A program made the position numbers and the translations under genes. From Geosiphon pyriformis uo1 (Eukaryota; Fungi; Glomeromycota): a stretch of 64,000 bases of DNA. Of this stretch, positions 1 through 12,421 are shown in pieces; position 1 is the first letter of the stretch, and each line of letters starts with the position of its first letter. The DNA lies in the NCBI GenBank assembly GCA_016748015.1, contig JAAOMT010000040.1, positions 248,001 through 312,000 of the forward strand, read 5' to 3'. The notes beneath the pieces were generated by a model. The model did no database searches. It saw nothing but the letters and a program-made list of their open reading frames with translations, and was not told where the DNA came from.

Positions 1-564
1 TGGACAATGTTGGAAGACAGCGTATAGTCAGTATGCTGCTTTGTAATGTAGGGTCAGATTGTTTTTCCTTATGAATTTTTCTACTTGTTGTATTGCTTTT
101 TTGTTGAATTTTTTCTGGCTGAGGTCTTTGTATGGTGTTTTCAAGTCAAGCTGTTCTTCAATTTTGTAGAACCAATAAGCTGGAGGAAGTCTTTCTTTCT
201 ATTCCTGGGCATTGTCAGGTGTCCACTTCCCTGTTTCGGGGAGTTCAGTCCCACGAGCTAAAGCTTGTTTTATTTCTTCGAGCTTGGGGACCAAGTATCT
301 TCTTTTGTAACCTTTTTCTCGTTCTTTGCCTCCTTCTTTTCCACCCCCCGCCCGAAGGCAATTTTTCCTATCACATTGCCTTTCAGGTGGTGAGTAGGGA
401 AGGAAATGTTTAGTTCTAATTGAACTCTCATCCTCTCCTCTCCTGCTCTTATCTTTGTACCATATCTCTTTTTTATTAATTGTTATTTTTATTTGAGATG
501 TCAATTTTTGAATTGTTTCAAATAATTGTTTAGATAATTTTAAAATTTGATCTGAAAGGTCCAT
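1..564 (-). pseudogene. Element A ORF3 (unknown protein downstream of integrase), runs off the window
   Basis: MDLSDQILKLSKQLFETIQK...EKFIRKNNL aligns by eye with ORF3 of B and D; has an insertion, a stop and a frameshift. Confidence 0.75.
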
Positions 565-644
565 GTTAAAATTTCTATCATTTCTTGCTGCTTTTTGAAT
601 GCTATATATATTTGAATTCTCCAATTTAATTTGCTGCCCATTGT

Positions 645-2012
645 CTACGTTTCGATAACAATGATTGGTTCCAGATCTTGTGGTATATTTTCTGGTCTGA
701 TTAATGAAATTTGTGTTCCTAATTGAAGTATTGATGACGATGATTTCTGTTTTACATGATAAATTTTTAACCAATTTCCATGCACTACTTTCTTTAAAAT
801 TCTGTCTTCTAATCATAATTTGTAAGCTCCATTTCCTAATGCTTTGTGTATATGGAATAGACCGTCTCACTTTGGGTTGAACTTTCCACTCCACTGTTTC
901 TCAGCTTTTGTACAATGTAACAGTACTTGGTCTCCAATCTTGAATTTCATTGGTTGTTCTGGCAGGTGTTTATCATGTCTTTCTTTTTGTCATTTTTGAG
1001 CATGACTAATATTGTCAGCTGCTGTTCTTTGATTGTTTTCCAATGTTTTCATTAGCTGATATGTTCTTTGGTGTAAGATAGCCTCAAAATTCTCTTCATT
1101 GATTGTTTCTGTTGGGTATGATGGTATCACTTGTTCAATTGATAATGTAGCTTTTCTTTCATAGACTAGTTCGAATGGTATAAACTGAGTTGTATTTTGT
1201 TTTAATGTTCGGTATGCAAAAAGTACAGAAGGTATGAATAAGTCCCATTCTTGTCTGTTTTCATGACTTATTTTTGTTAGTGCTTTGCACAGTGTTCTGT
1301 TAAATTGTTCTACCAGTCTATTTGTTTGTGGGTGGTATGGTGATGATAAGAGTCTCTTTATTCCAAACCATTGGCTTAGTTCAGTCAGCGTATTATTAAC
1401 AAAGAGTGTTCCCTGATCAGATAATAATTCTTTTGGACATCTATGTTGGCAAATTAGGTCTTGATGCACAAATTTGGTGACTGTTTTGGCATTGGCCACT
1501 TGGATTGCTCTGGCTTCTGGCCATTTTGTAAGATAGTATATGGCTACAGCAATATAGCAATTTTCTTGAGATGTAATTGAAAGAGGTCCAACCAAATCAA
1601 TCCTGATTCTATCAAATAGATTTTCAACTGGAATGGGTTGAAGTGGTTTTGTTGATCTTGCTTCTTCTCTTCACTGACATGCGTCACAATTGAGCACATA
1701 TTCGAAAATGTCTTTGTGTATCATTGGCCAATAGTATAAGTTTAGTGTTCTTTCGAAGGTAGTGTCTTTGTTAAAGTGTTCTACAGTTGGATCTGAGTGC
1801 ACACTATATAGTATAGTTTCTCTTTTACTGTTTGTGATTAGTCGTTGTGGGTTGGGGTGGTTTCGGCATTCTCGTCAATATAGTTGGTTGTCTTGAATAA
1901 AATAATTTCGGGCTTGTTTTCGTATGGTATTCTGTTCCTGTTGAGATAATATCTCCTTAAAACATAGTGTCGATAGGTACTGATATAGTCATTGATAAGT
2001 AAATGTGTCCAT
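645..2012 (-). pseudogene. Element A integrase, separate ORF
   Basis: ATG at 2012, stop at 645-647 (456 codons). Motifs IDLVGPL, LSDQGTLF, SPYHPQTN, C-terminal GPY/F-like GNGAYKL; internal stops from transitions. Confidence 0.9.
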
Positions 2013-2022
2013 GGGTTTGGAA

Positions 2023-2819
2023 TTAGGTTTGTGGCATCCTCAACAAACTATCAGCATTGGTGTTCTTGGATCCTTCTTTGTAATGGACTTTGAGTGGAAA
2101 TTGTTGCAGATAAGTACTCCATCTCGCATATTTTTCTTCTAGTTGTGGATTGTTGAGTAACCAAATAAGTCCTTTGTGGTTAGTATATAAGTCAAATGGT
2201 TGACTAAGATAATGTTTTCAAGTCTGTATAGCCCAATAAATGGCAAAACATTCCAAATCTGTTGTGCTGTAATTCTTTTCTGCTGGGCTAGTGTTGCGAC
2301 TAGCATAGGCAACTGGGTGTTCTCTATTGTCCGGTCCTATCTGTGATAAGACTGCTTTTAGAGCATTTTTTGAGGCGTCCATAGTGACAATGAACTATTT
2401 AGTGAAATCTGGGTAAATCAGGATTGGAGATGTGATCAATCGCTGCTTGAGATAGTCGAATGCTTTCTGTTGATCTTCCTTCCACAAGTACAGTACGTAT
2501 TTGGACAACAATTGATGGAGTGGTTTTGTGATGTTCGAGAAACCTTTAACAAATTGACAATAATATCCTGCTAATTCTAGAAATCCTCATAATTCTCTGA
2601 GGTTGATTGGGGCTGGAAAATCCTTAACTTTTTGTACTTTATCTGGATTGGGTTTAATTCCATCCTTGCTGATTACATGTTCTAGAAATTTTAACTCGGT
2701 TTTTCCAAAGAAGCACTTCTCAGAATTGAGTTTCAATCCAGCACTACAAAGACATTCAAAGACTTGTTGCAGATGGAGCAGATGGTCTTCGAATGTTTCG
2801 GAGAACACATTTGTGTTGT
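2023..2819 (-). pseudogene. Element A RT C-terminus and RNase H
   Basis: TNVFSETFEDHL, GLKLNSEKCFFG, VAYASR, NADSLLRMPQT then TAA at 2023-2025. Confidence 0.9.
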
Positions 2820-3684
2820 TGTTACTCATAAAAATATAAGAAATGTATTAGTATAATTATTAGCCAATCAAAAGTAAGTATAGTAAATATGGAATTCCAG
2901 GATTCCTTTCAGGAATTGCAGGATTCCAGAAATTTCAGAATTCCCAATGAGAAATTGCAGGATTCCAGAATTGCAGGATTCCTCTCAAAGGAATTGCAGG
3001 ATTCCAGGAATTTCAGGATTTCTGTTGTGAAGAATCGAGGAATTGAGGAATCTCAATTATATATATATAGCAGTAGTGTTAGAAACAGAAAAGAGAGAAT
3101 CAATACCACAGAATTCTTAGCCTAGAAATGCAATCATCAAATAAATAATTATTTTATATCTTCATCCACCTCTCTACTATCAACTCTTCATGTTGATAGT
3201 AATTGATACTTGATCATGCTAGAACAATAGCTCTTAATCATGGCTATTGACAGGATACTAATCTGCAAATTGCCTTGGCTTATTTCTTTGCTTTCTTTAT
3301 TTTCTTTTCTTTCTTTTTCTTTATTTTATTTTGATTTGTTGTTATATACTAATTGATAAAAAATTAAGCGCTGAGTTATTAACGTCAAGAATAGCCTGGT
3401 AAAAGACCCAGAAATACAGATAGGATTTTATATATTATCGGATAGCTTACCAGAAGGGCATGACTGCCAGACTAAATCCGGCCACCACACTGAGAAAGAA
3501 ATTGGGAAAACTCTTGGAAAATATATCTACTATTGACACTATTGAATCTCTGTCTATTATACAAAGGACTCAACCAAAACCTTCAGATACAGTATCTTCA
3601 GAACAGCCTCAATGGAAGTAGCTTTTAAGCACCAAGTTATGGGTTTGTTATTTAATTCAACAGCACAAATAATCACCTGTAACA
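2820..3684 (+). repeat. Element B 5' LTR
   Basis: TGTTACTC...CTGTAACA, collinear with 12422-13286; U3 GAATTGCAGGATTCC repeats, TATA-like run near 3058, U-rich tract 3280-3345. Confidence 0.97.
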
Positions 3685-3686
3685 TT

Positions 3687-3703
3687 TGGTGCTCCCTGTG
3701 AGG
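3687..3703 (+). promoter_or_regulatory. Primer binding site of B
   Basis: TGGTGCTCCCTGTGAGG, 2 nt after the LTR; complementary to a tRNA ending ...GAGCA-CCA (Ile-UAU or elongator-Met-like; identity inferred). Confidence 0.85.
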
Positions 3704-3746
3704 TATAATCCTACAGAGAACCAGCACTGACAACACCAAACCAAAA

Positions 3747-6700
3747 GTGGCAGAATCAGAAAACATAGGAGCAAACCATTTAGGATTCGCAAAATTCTTA
3801 TTCCAACACTATTGTCAATACTTGGGATTAAACCACAATCATATATCCACTGAATCAGCCTTCAATTTCTACATCAATGAAAAGATTTTCTCTTTATTAG
3901 AAACACCAGTGAATACTGAATCAGCAAGAGAAACTTTCTATAAAGAATTAATTCAAAACACCAACCTACTAACAAATCATAATTTTGCATCCATCATCAC
4001 TAAGATCAACAAAAAAATTGAACACCACACTCAACAAAGATATCCAATTACATACGCTAGTAAAGGCAAGGGAAAATTACAAACACCAGCAGTAACACCC
4101 AGAAAATTACAGCCACCTGCTTGGAAGAAAAACAGAGTTGAATCCCCAAGCAACCCATCCTACCACTCTACACTTGGAAGCACCATCAACATATTATCAA
4201 CCAACGCGTTCTCATCAACCGCGACATTAGCATTTGGATGATTCTCATTCCAAAATAGACAAAAGAAAACAGAATTGTTAGGACCATATGGTGAATACTT
4301 TGAGGGATTTAATTTGCGATCATCAACCCCATCAGGACTTTGATCACCACCACCTTCACCAAATTTCGGAATCTCTGATCTATGGAAAGCAGCAGAATCA
4401 GAAAAAGAGGAAGAAGAATCAGAGGATCAAGAATTTACTTACCAAAACCTGATCACGAAAACCTTGGAAGTTGAAACCCCGAATCTTCAAACTCAGCAAG
4501 ATTTAAATATAGAAAATTCAGAAATTGAAACTCTGAATCAGCAAAGACAGAACAATCTAAAACCCAAATTAATTAATCAGCAAAACTTACCTCCGATAAT
4601 TGTCATCGATCAACCACTGATTAATCCAGTAGCTGAACCTATACAACAGCCACTTCAACTACCACCCCAACAACTACTTTAACAGCCACCACAACTATCT
4701 AACTTAGACCCAATAGTCTATGCACCAATCGCAAAACTCGACAACTTTACTGGTGAAGAGGATGACGCTCAAGTATGGCTGAATGATATAGAAAAGGCCA
4801 TCGCAGCCAATGGATAAAATAACACCCGAGCCATACAAGCCATTCCCTATTTTTTCAAAAATACCACCAATTCATGGTATTAGAGCTTGGTTAATAAACC
4901 ACAAGATTTCAATGCCTTCAAAGCGGAATTCCTAAGATACTTCAGCAACAACAATAGCATCAATTACCTGGTCAATACATTCACCACCATGAAACAAGGA
5001 GAAACTGAAGCAGTCACCACTTACCTGGGACGCTTCCATCGAAACTTGCGCCAAATTCAAGCAATTGATGACAACTATTTCACAGCACCACAGATATTCA
5101 ACCAGTTTATCCATGGCTTATGCAGCAGCATCTTGCAACATGTACATCCATTGTATTCTGGCACACTTCAAGACGCAGTCACACACGCCAGAGATTTTGA
5201 ATCCACTGAGTCAGAGACTAATCATGCCCAAGCTGTTAATCTAGTAATGAATGGATCATCTGAATTGGATTCTAAATTGGAGAAGTTTAGTGAATCAATC
5301 AATAAGAGATTGAAAAAATACTTAGCTGACAATCATACCATTTATCAGTCTCCACAACGACGCAATAACCAAGGACATCCTAATCGTGGCCAAAATCAAC
5401 CATATCTATCTTCATTAACCAATCAATAGTGGCAACAGCATATCTGCCACTATTGTGGTAACCAAGGACATATCCAAATTGACTGTTGCCAGCGTTTAAA
5501 TAACTAACAATCAGGAAATTAATATTGAAACCCTGATCACCAGTTCCAAACTCCAAATTATTATCCAAATCAAAGTCAAGACCAATATCGGAATAATTAC
5601 CTGCCAATGATGCAGCAACCAATCTATCAACTGCCAGTATATCAACCTCCAATTTATCAGCCACAGCCATAAATAATATATCAACCACAGCCACAAATCA
5701 TCTATTAACTCCAACTAATTCAAACACCACCCCAGAACCCAGCTCAAATGACATCAGGCAACCCTCGATCCAGAGTCATTCAAAACTGGAGATCGGCGAT
5801 AGTTGTTCACCAACTGATTCCCTGTTTGCTAGACCCATTATTAAGATCACACACCCAGAATTTGGATACCAGTCACATCCAAAACCCAAATTCCCAACAT
5901 TATTTAAGTCTCCTGGTTACCCCAGAAAACACCACATCCAACAATACAGAAGCCAATTAGCATGTACCTACCAACACAATTCCACTGGCAACCATCTCTA
6001 GTGATGAATTCTTAGCAGCCATCTTTCCTTTCGAACTCAAAGAAAACACACCAATACCGTTATTCAGTAGAGCCGCTCTCAAAGAAAAACCCATAACAGC
6101 AATGTACACAGATGTTAGAGTTGATGGTCACTCCATCAAACTTATTCTAGATAGTGGATCAGCTGGCAGCATAATTACATGACAACTCATGGATCAATTA
6201 AGTCGCCAAGTTGATCGAGCTGCCAATGCCAGAATCATCACAGCCGACGGAGCGACCAAAACTCCAATTGGTAAAATTGATGAGTTTTTTTTTAAAGTCA
6301 ATAGCATCGTGACTTCCATTAAAGTTCTAGTAATGGAAACCACTCAATACCAAGCTCTCATTGATAATGACTGGCTATTCAAAGTCAACACAACATTAGA
6401 CTGGAACACCCAGGAACTCCAGCTAACGTATCAGGGCCAACACATACGTATTCCGGCCATGTGTGGCCACTTTAAAATGCCTCCAAGAGAGAAACTATTG
6501 ATCAAACTGGAGAAGGAGAAAAAAAAGCCTACCTGAAAAGCCTACTAAGTATTGTGAGCTGATGAAAAGCACAATAAGCTGCTGCCAATACTCTTCTGGG
6601 ACGACAACAACAAGGAAAAAGGAAACAAAAGGAAGAACTTACCTGGGAAACCGATGACCTGACATGGACCAACAATGATGAGAGTGAACCGACTTCAAGC

Positions 6701-9700
6701 TGAGAATGGGAAGAAGACAAAGAAAATAAAGGGAAAAGAAAAGAAAAAGAGACCACCCAAACCACCACCACTTATAACATCCACATTATACCACAACAAT
6801 CTACCTATTGTCGACCTAAGCTTATATGCGTCGATTGTGGTAAAAAATTGTCATCAATGGGCGCATGCTGTGGTGACGATGAGGAATACCACACTGCAAC
6901 AAAATTCTACTGTCGTCCATGCTTATTTGAATGCTTTGGATGACCAAAGAGGCAAGAAAAATGAAATAACCAATCTTGTTTTGCTTGTGAGGAGACTCTG
7001 CTAGATGAAAGGATGTGGAATGACATCCCAGGATGTGGAGAAACATGTGACGTATTGTGTCAATACACAATTCTAATAAGTGACTAAGTAAGGAAAAGAA
7101 CCCCAATAGAAGCAGCCTGGAGAAGAGCTGTGCAGCGACTGGACAGTTGTCCATATGATGATGATGAAATTTGGCAAATAGCACTTGCAAAAATCGAAGG
7201 GGCAATGCCAAAAGAGATAAAAATGATCAAAGACAACCCCCCAGAATCTTTAAAGCTTGACTGAGATGCAGAACCCATCATAAACCTCCTGAATCTGGAA
7301 CAATTCTATGAACACTACCAAGAATTAGCACCCACAAAAGAAGAACAAGAACAACGGTTAGAGCAGTTGAACACTCGACTATGTCAACACTGCCTAATTC
7401 CCTGTAACTTCTAGTATTGTGATAAATGTGACCTCATTTACAATCTACCACCATGCATGATCTACTCAATCCCTGAAGAAGAAGAACCAATCAGCAGCTG
7501 CACATCAGAATCAGAATCGCCGATCAATCATGATTCAAACTCCGATGATGATGATGATAACAACAGTTCAAGCTCCATTCAAATTGGCAATAATGATGAA
7601 AACAATTCAGACTCAGATTCAAAACCCAATATAAACTATGAACAATACATTGTACTACCAGATCTCTCCAAGAAACAAGAGTTGAAATAGTATAGTGACC
7701 ATGGGGAAGGTATTATGTCAGAACGTGCACATAACACAGATGCAGAGTTTGATCTGAGATATCCAGGAAAAGAGACCATCAAATTAGAACCACATTCATG
7801 CACCTGCATTGATCTGAAAATAGCACTAGAAATTCCAGCAACAACAATGGTTCAATTAGCATCTAGGAGTAGTTTAGCGAAAAGAGGGATCAATATAAGA
7901 GGAGGAATAATTGATGCGGAATATATAGAAAATATCATCACCATGCTACAAAATGACTCAGAAAAAGCCTATATAATAGAGCCCAACAAAAAGATAGCAC
8001 AGGCAATATTCCTGCCTCTGATTAGAGTAGCTCAGTTAGTGTCAGTGAGAAAGAGAGAGGAATTAGGAATAACAGTGAGGGAAATACAAGGATTTGGATC
8101 AATGGATAGAATAGAAGTACCAGTTAATATGGTGGAGAAAGAAATTGTTGGCCAAGGAGAAATTATCTCAACTGGTCAAGCTATTTCCATTCCACTATAT
8201 AGCCAGTACATGTTAGCAATAGAAAGGAAAAAAAAGGAGCAAGAACAGATTTTTGAAGCAGAAACAACCCTTTGTGAATCAGGAGAGATTGGGTTAATCA
8301 ATCTTCACATACCAGCCAAAAGCTATAGCAGCATAAAAATTCTCATCTACAACAACACTGGCAATATCATCAACATACCAGAAGGAACCACCATCAAATA
8401 TTTAACCACAGAAATAGAAGACCAACCACCAAATCCCATTCCAGACTTTCCACAACTTTGTGAATATGTTGACATCACATCACAAACAATCTATGGACGA
8501 GACGAATGTTATTTGCTCCAACCAGAACAATTGGAACAAATAAACATGGGAAACTTAGATTCACTCCAATGTATGCAGCTCAAAATGTTACTCAACAATT
8601 TTAATGACATCTTTGCCAGTGAAAATGAGTTTGGCCGAACTGATATTATCCAGCATCAGATTAAGACTAAAGATGCAATGCCAATCAAACAAAGAGCATA
8701 CAGAGTGCCACCAGCCAGCCACGAGATTATTTGTCAAGAGATAAACAGAATGCTTGACAATGGGCTAATTCAACTATCAATGAGTCCATGGTTGTTACCA
8801 GTGGTACTTGTTTATAAGAAAAATGGAAAAATCCGGTTTTGTGTAGACTACAGGAAACTCAATGGTATAACTCGTGGAGACAGTTATCTAACTCCACAAA
8901 TACAGGAATTATTTGATGCTTTCAGTGAGAACAAATGGTTCTCTACATTAGATTTGAACAGTGATTACTGGCAAGTAGCCATGAATTCAGCTGACAAGAA
9001 AAAGATGGCATTTACTACTAGAGAAGGGAATTTCAAATTTGAAGTAATGCTATTTGGCTTAACCAATGCCCCAGCAACTTTCCAACAGTTAATAGAAATT
9101 GTTTATACTGGCTTATTGTGAAAATCAGTAGTTGTATACTTGGACAACACCAATGTATTCTCAAAGACATTTGATGATCATCTTCATCATCTTCAACAAG
9201 TGTTTGAAAGACTAAGAAAAGCAGGACTAAAGTTAAATGTGACAAAGTGCTTCTTTGGCAAGACAGAACTCAAATTCTTGGAACACATAGTCAGCAAAGA
9301 CGGCATCAAAATAGATCCAGAGAAAATAGATATAGTAAAAAACTTTCCAGTGCTGACCAATATAACAGAACTAAAATCATTCTTGGGATTCGCCAGTTAT
9401 TATTGTCATTTTATCAAGAACTTTTCCAAGATAGTGCAGCCACTCAATCAACTGCAAAACAAAAATGCGAAATATGAATAGACAGAAAGTCAACAAGAAG
9501 CTTTTGATATTCTGAGGAAAAAGCTTATCCAAGCTCCAGTACTAATCTATCCAGATTACAGCAAACCATTCATCATCACCACCGATGCATCAGGCCAAGC
9601 ATTGGGAGCAGTATTATCTCAGAGAGGACCAAATGGCAGAGAACATCTAGTAGCATATGCCAGCAGAGGTTTAACACCAGCCAAAAAGAACTATAGAACA

Positions 9701-9940
9701 CCAGAACAAGAACACTTAGCAATATACTGGGCCGTCATAAAATGGAAAAAATACTTGAGCCAGAAGTTTGAAGTATACACAGATCACAAGGGATTAACAT
9801 CACTCCAAAAACAAGAATTTAGAGATAGAAGACAGTTAAGATGGAAAATGGCACTCACACTATACAATTATATCATATATTACAAAAAGGGAAAAGATAA
9901 CAGAAATGCTAACAGTTTATTGTGAATAAGACAAATCTAA
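3747..9940 (+). pseudogene. Element B Gag-protease-Cys-rich-dUTPase-RT-RNase H polyprotein
   Basis: CHYCGNQGHIQIDC knuckle, LILDSGSAGS protease, dUTPase motifs, FCVDYRKLN, YLDN (YLDD), TDASG, YTDHKG. Many Trp/Gln/Arg codons mutated to stops, one frameshift near 6615, terminal TAA 9938-9940. Confidence 0.92.
7715..8105 (+). other. Trimeric-type dUTPase domain in the B polyprotein (also A ~14330-14720, C ~22045-22440, D ~30445-30835)
   Basis: All five dUTPase motifs recognisable: AEFDL (AGFDL), ASRSSLA, GIIDAEY, IAQAIF, GFGS (RGTFGFGST in D). Confidence 0.92.
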
Positions 9941-10006
9941 GAACATTTCAACCCAAAAATATAATAAAAACCAGAACAATACCAATGGAAAAATACAACA
10001 AAAAAA

Positions 10007-11724
10007 ATGAACATACAAAAATATCAACAATTGCAACATTATCTAAACACTCAACAGTTCAAGGAGAATTTATCTCATACAGAATAAAGGAGTATCAAAC
10101 AACAATCAAAATATTTTATCACTCACCAAAATATACTTTATCAAAAAAATAGAAGGGATCCAGATCAACCAACCAGAGTAATTACGAAGCCAGAAAAAGA
10201 GACAATATTATTCAATATGCACTCAAATCCAACAGCAGGACATTTTCACAAAGAAGCAACCATAGAAAGAACTAGAAAAAGATATTATTGGCCATCAATG
10301 TACCCAGACATCATTCAATATGTTCAAAATTGTAACACTTGTCAGCGAAGAGGAGGAACAAGACCCAGTAAACCATTAAGACCAATCAAAGTGGAACAAC
10401 TATTTGACCGTATGGGAATTGATTTAGTGGGACCATTAACAATCACCAGCAGAGGAAACAGATACATAGCAGTAACTATGGACTATCTCACTAAATGGCC
10501 AGAGGCGAAAGCAATTCAAAGAGCAGATGCAAAATCCATTGCCGAATTTGTTCATTAGGATTTGATTTGTCAACATGGATGTCCAAAAAAATTATTATCA
10601 GACCAAGGAACTCATTTTGTGAACAGAACATTAACAGAATTGAGCCAAAGATTCGGAATCAAGAGACCATTATCATCACCATACCATCCACAAACCAACG
10701 GATTAGTAAAAAAATTCAACAGAACATTGTGTAAAGCAATAGCCAAGCTCAGCCAAAAAAACCAGAATGATTGGGATTTGTTCATACCATCAGTACTATT
10801 TGCTTATTGGACAACGAAACAAAATACTACACAAGCAACACCATTTGAATTAGTATATGGAAGAATAGCAATGTTACCAGTAGAGAGAGAAATTAATACA
10901 TATCCAGCTGAACCAATAACAGAGGAAAATTTTCAAGAAATATTGCTGAAAAGAACATATGACTTAATAGAAACATTGGAAAACAAACGAAGAAGAGCAG
11001 CTGATAATATCCAAAAGTCACAAGAAACACAGAAAGAAAGACACAATAATCAACTACCAGACAAACCAGTTGAATTCAAGATCGGANNNNNNNNNNNNNN
11101 NNNNNNTGGGATTTGTTCATACCATCAGTACTATTTGCTTATTGGACAACGAAACAAAATACTACACAAGCAACACCATTTGAATTAGTATATGGAAGAA
11201 TAGCAATGTTACCAGTAGAGAGAGAAATTAATACATATCCAGCTGAACCAATAACAGAGGAAAATTTTCAAGAAATATTGCTGAAAAGAACATATGACTT
11301 AATAGAAACATTGGAAAACAAACGAAGAAGAGCAGCTGATAATATCCAAAAGTCACAAGAAACACAGAAAGAAAGACACAATAATCAACTACCAGACAAA
11401 CCAGTTGAATTCAAGATCGGAGACAAAGTATTACTACATCGTACCAAAGCTGAAAAACAATAAAGTGGAAAATTTGACCCCAAATGAGATGGACCATTTC
11501 ACATAGAAGAAATTCTAGGAAATGGAGCTTACAAATTAAGATTGGATAACAAAATTTTAACCAAAGCAGCACATAGAAATCAACTGAAACCATATCACAA
11601 CGTTATATTACCATCTATCAGTAATATTCCACAATTAAGAGTACAGAGAATACTAGTCCAACCAGATGAGATTCCACAAGATTGGAAACCAATCATTATT
11701 ATCGACAACAACACATTAAATTGA
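10007..11724 (+). pseudogene. Element B integrase, separate ORF (about 315 bp duplicated around the N gap)
   Basis: ATG 10007 is in frame with MHSNPTAGHF..CNTC (HHCC), GIDLVGP, LSDQGTHF, NGLVKKFN, GPFHIEEILGNGAYKL. Confidence 0.92.
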
Positions 11725-11748
11725 TCCATCAAAAGAATATATAAAGAC

Positions 11749-12408
11749 ATGGTAAACATGACAAGAAATATCAGAAAAATAGAAATTACAGACAATATTC
11801 ACTCACTAGCACAACAACTCTTTCAATTAATCTAACACCAAGAAATGGAGATTACAATCAATCAACAAACCATTCAATATCAAGATACTAGAAAGACATT
11901 TCAACTCAGAACATGAAAGAAAACTGAAAATACTGTAAACAAAATCATGGCAAAAGTAAAATTAGTAATAAAAGAATCGACAAAAGAGTCACTATATCAA
12001 GAGTTGACTAAAAAAACTTGGAATTGGTAGATACAACAATTTCCACAAAACTATTGTTATTTTTACTTGGAACAACACGTAAATATCCAGAATCTATATA
12101 TGGATAAAACAAAGTGATTATTCAACCAAAGAATACTACAACAATTAGAACATTTTGTGGGAAAGAACAACTTATCCACACAAGCCCGAGCCATATACCA
12201 AATACATACAGCCTTTCAAGATAAACCAGAAATATTGCTCAACAGAGCAATGGATCTGGTTACCAGTAATCAATTGGGAAAAATTACCAATGCTCAATTT
12301 GAAGAATTACAGACCCAAATAACACAAGTAATTCTCGAAAACAAAATCCAGGAAATACTTTAAGAGGGGGAATTACATGAGTTAGATTTCGACAGAGCTC
12401 AATATTAA
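11749..12408 (+). pseudogene. Element B ORF3, about 219 aa, unknown function
   Basis: ATG 11749; FPQNYCYFYL..NIQNLY..FVGKNNL..IYQIHTAF..DFDRAQY*; homologous to D ORF3. Confidence 0.82.
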
Positions 12409-12421
12409 AAGGAGGGAATAA
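12407..12421 (+). promoter_or_regulatory. Polypurine tract of B
   Basis: AAAAGGAGGGAATAA immediately before the 3' LTR. Confidence 0.85.

Noticed and set aside
199-894. 231-aa ORF as an integrase-ORF3 fusion
   Set aside because: Its first 110 codons are an alternate frame over the integrase C-terminus; homology to other ORF3s starts at the Met at 564.
2889-3125. Repetitive LQDSR peptide ORF (also 12518-12727)
   Set aside because: By-product of the U3 tandem repeats, upstream of the TATA-like box; the ATG is not shared by both LTRs.
6600-6630. Programmed gag-pol frameshift in B
   Set aside because: D is in frame across the equivalent region; most likely a 1-nt indel in a purine run.
7715-8105. 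Host dUTPase gene
   Set aside because: It lies in frame within the element polyprotein in four copies.
11107-11421. Tandem duplication in the B integrase
   Set aside because: Identical overlap on both sides of an N gap.
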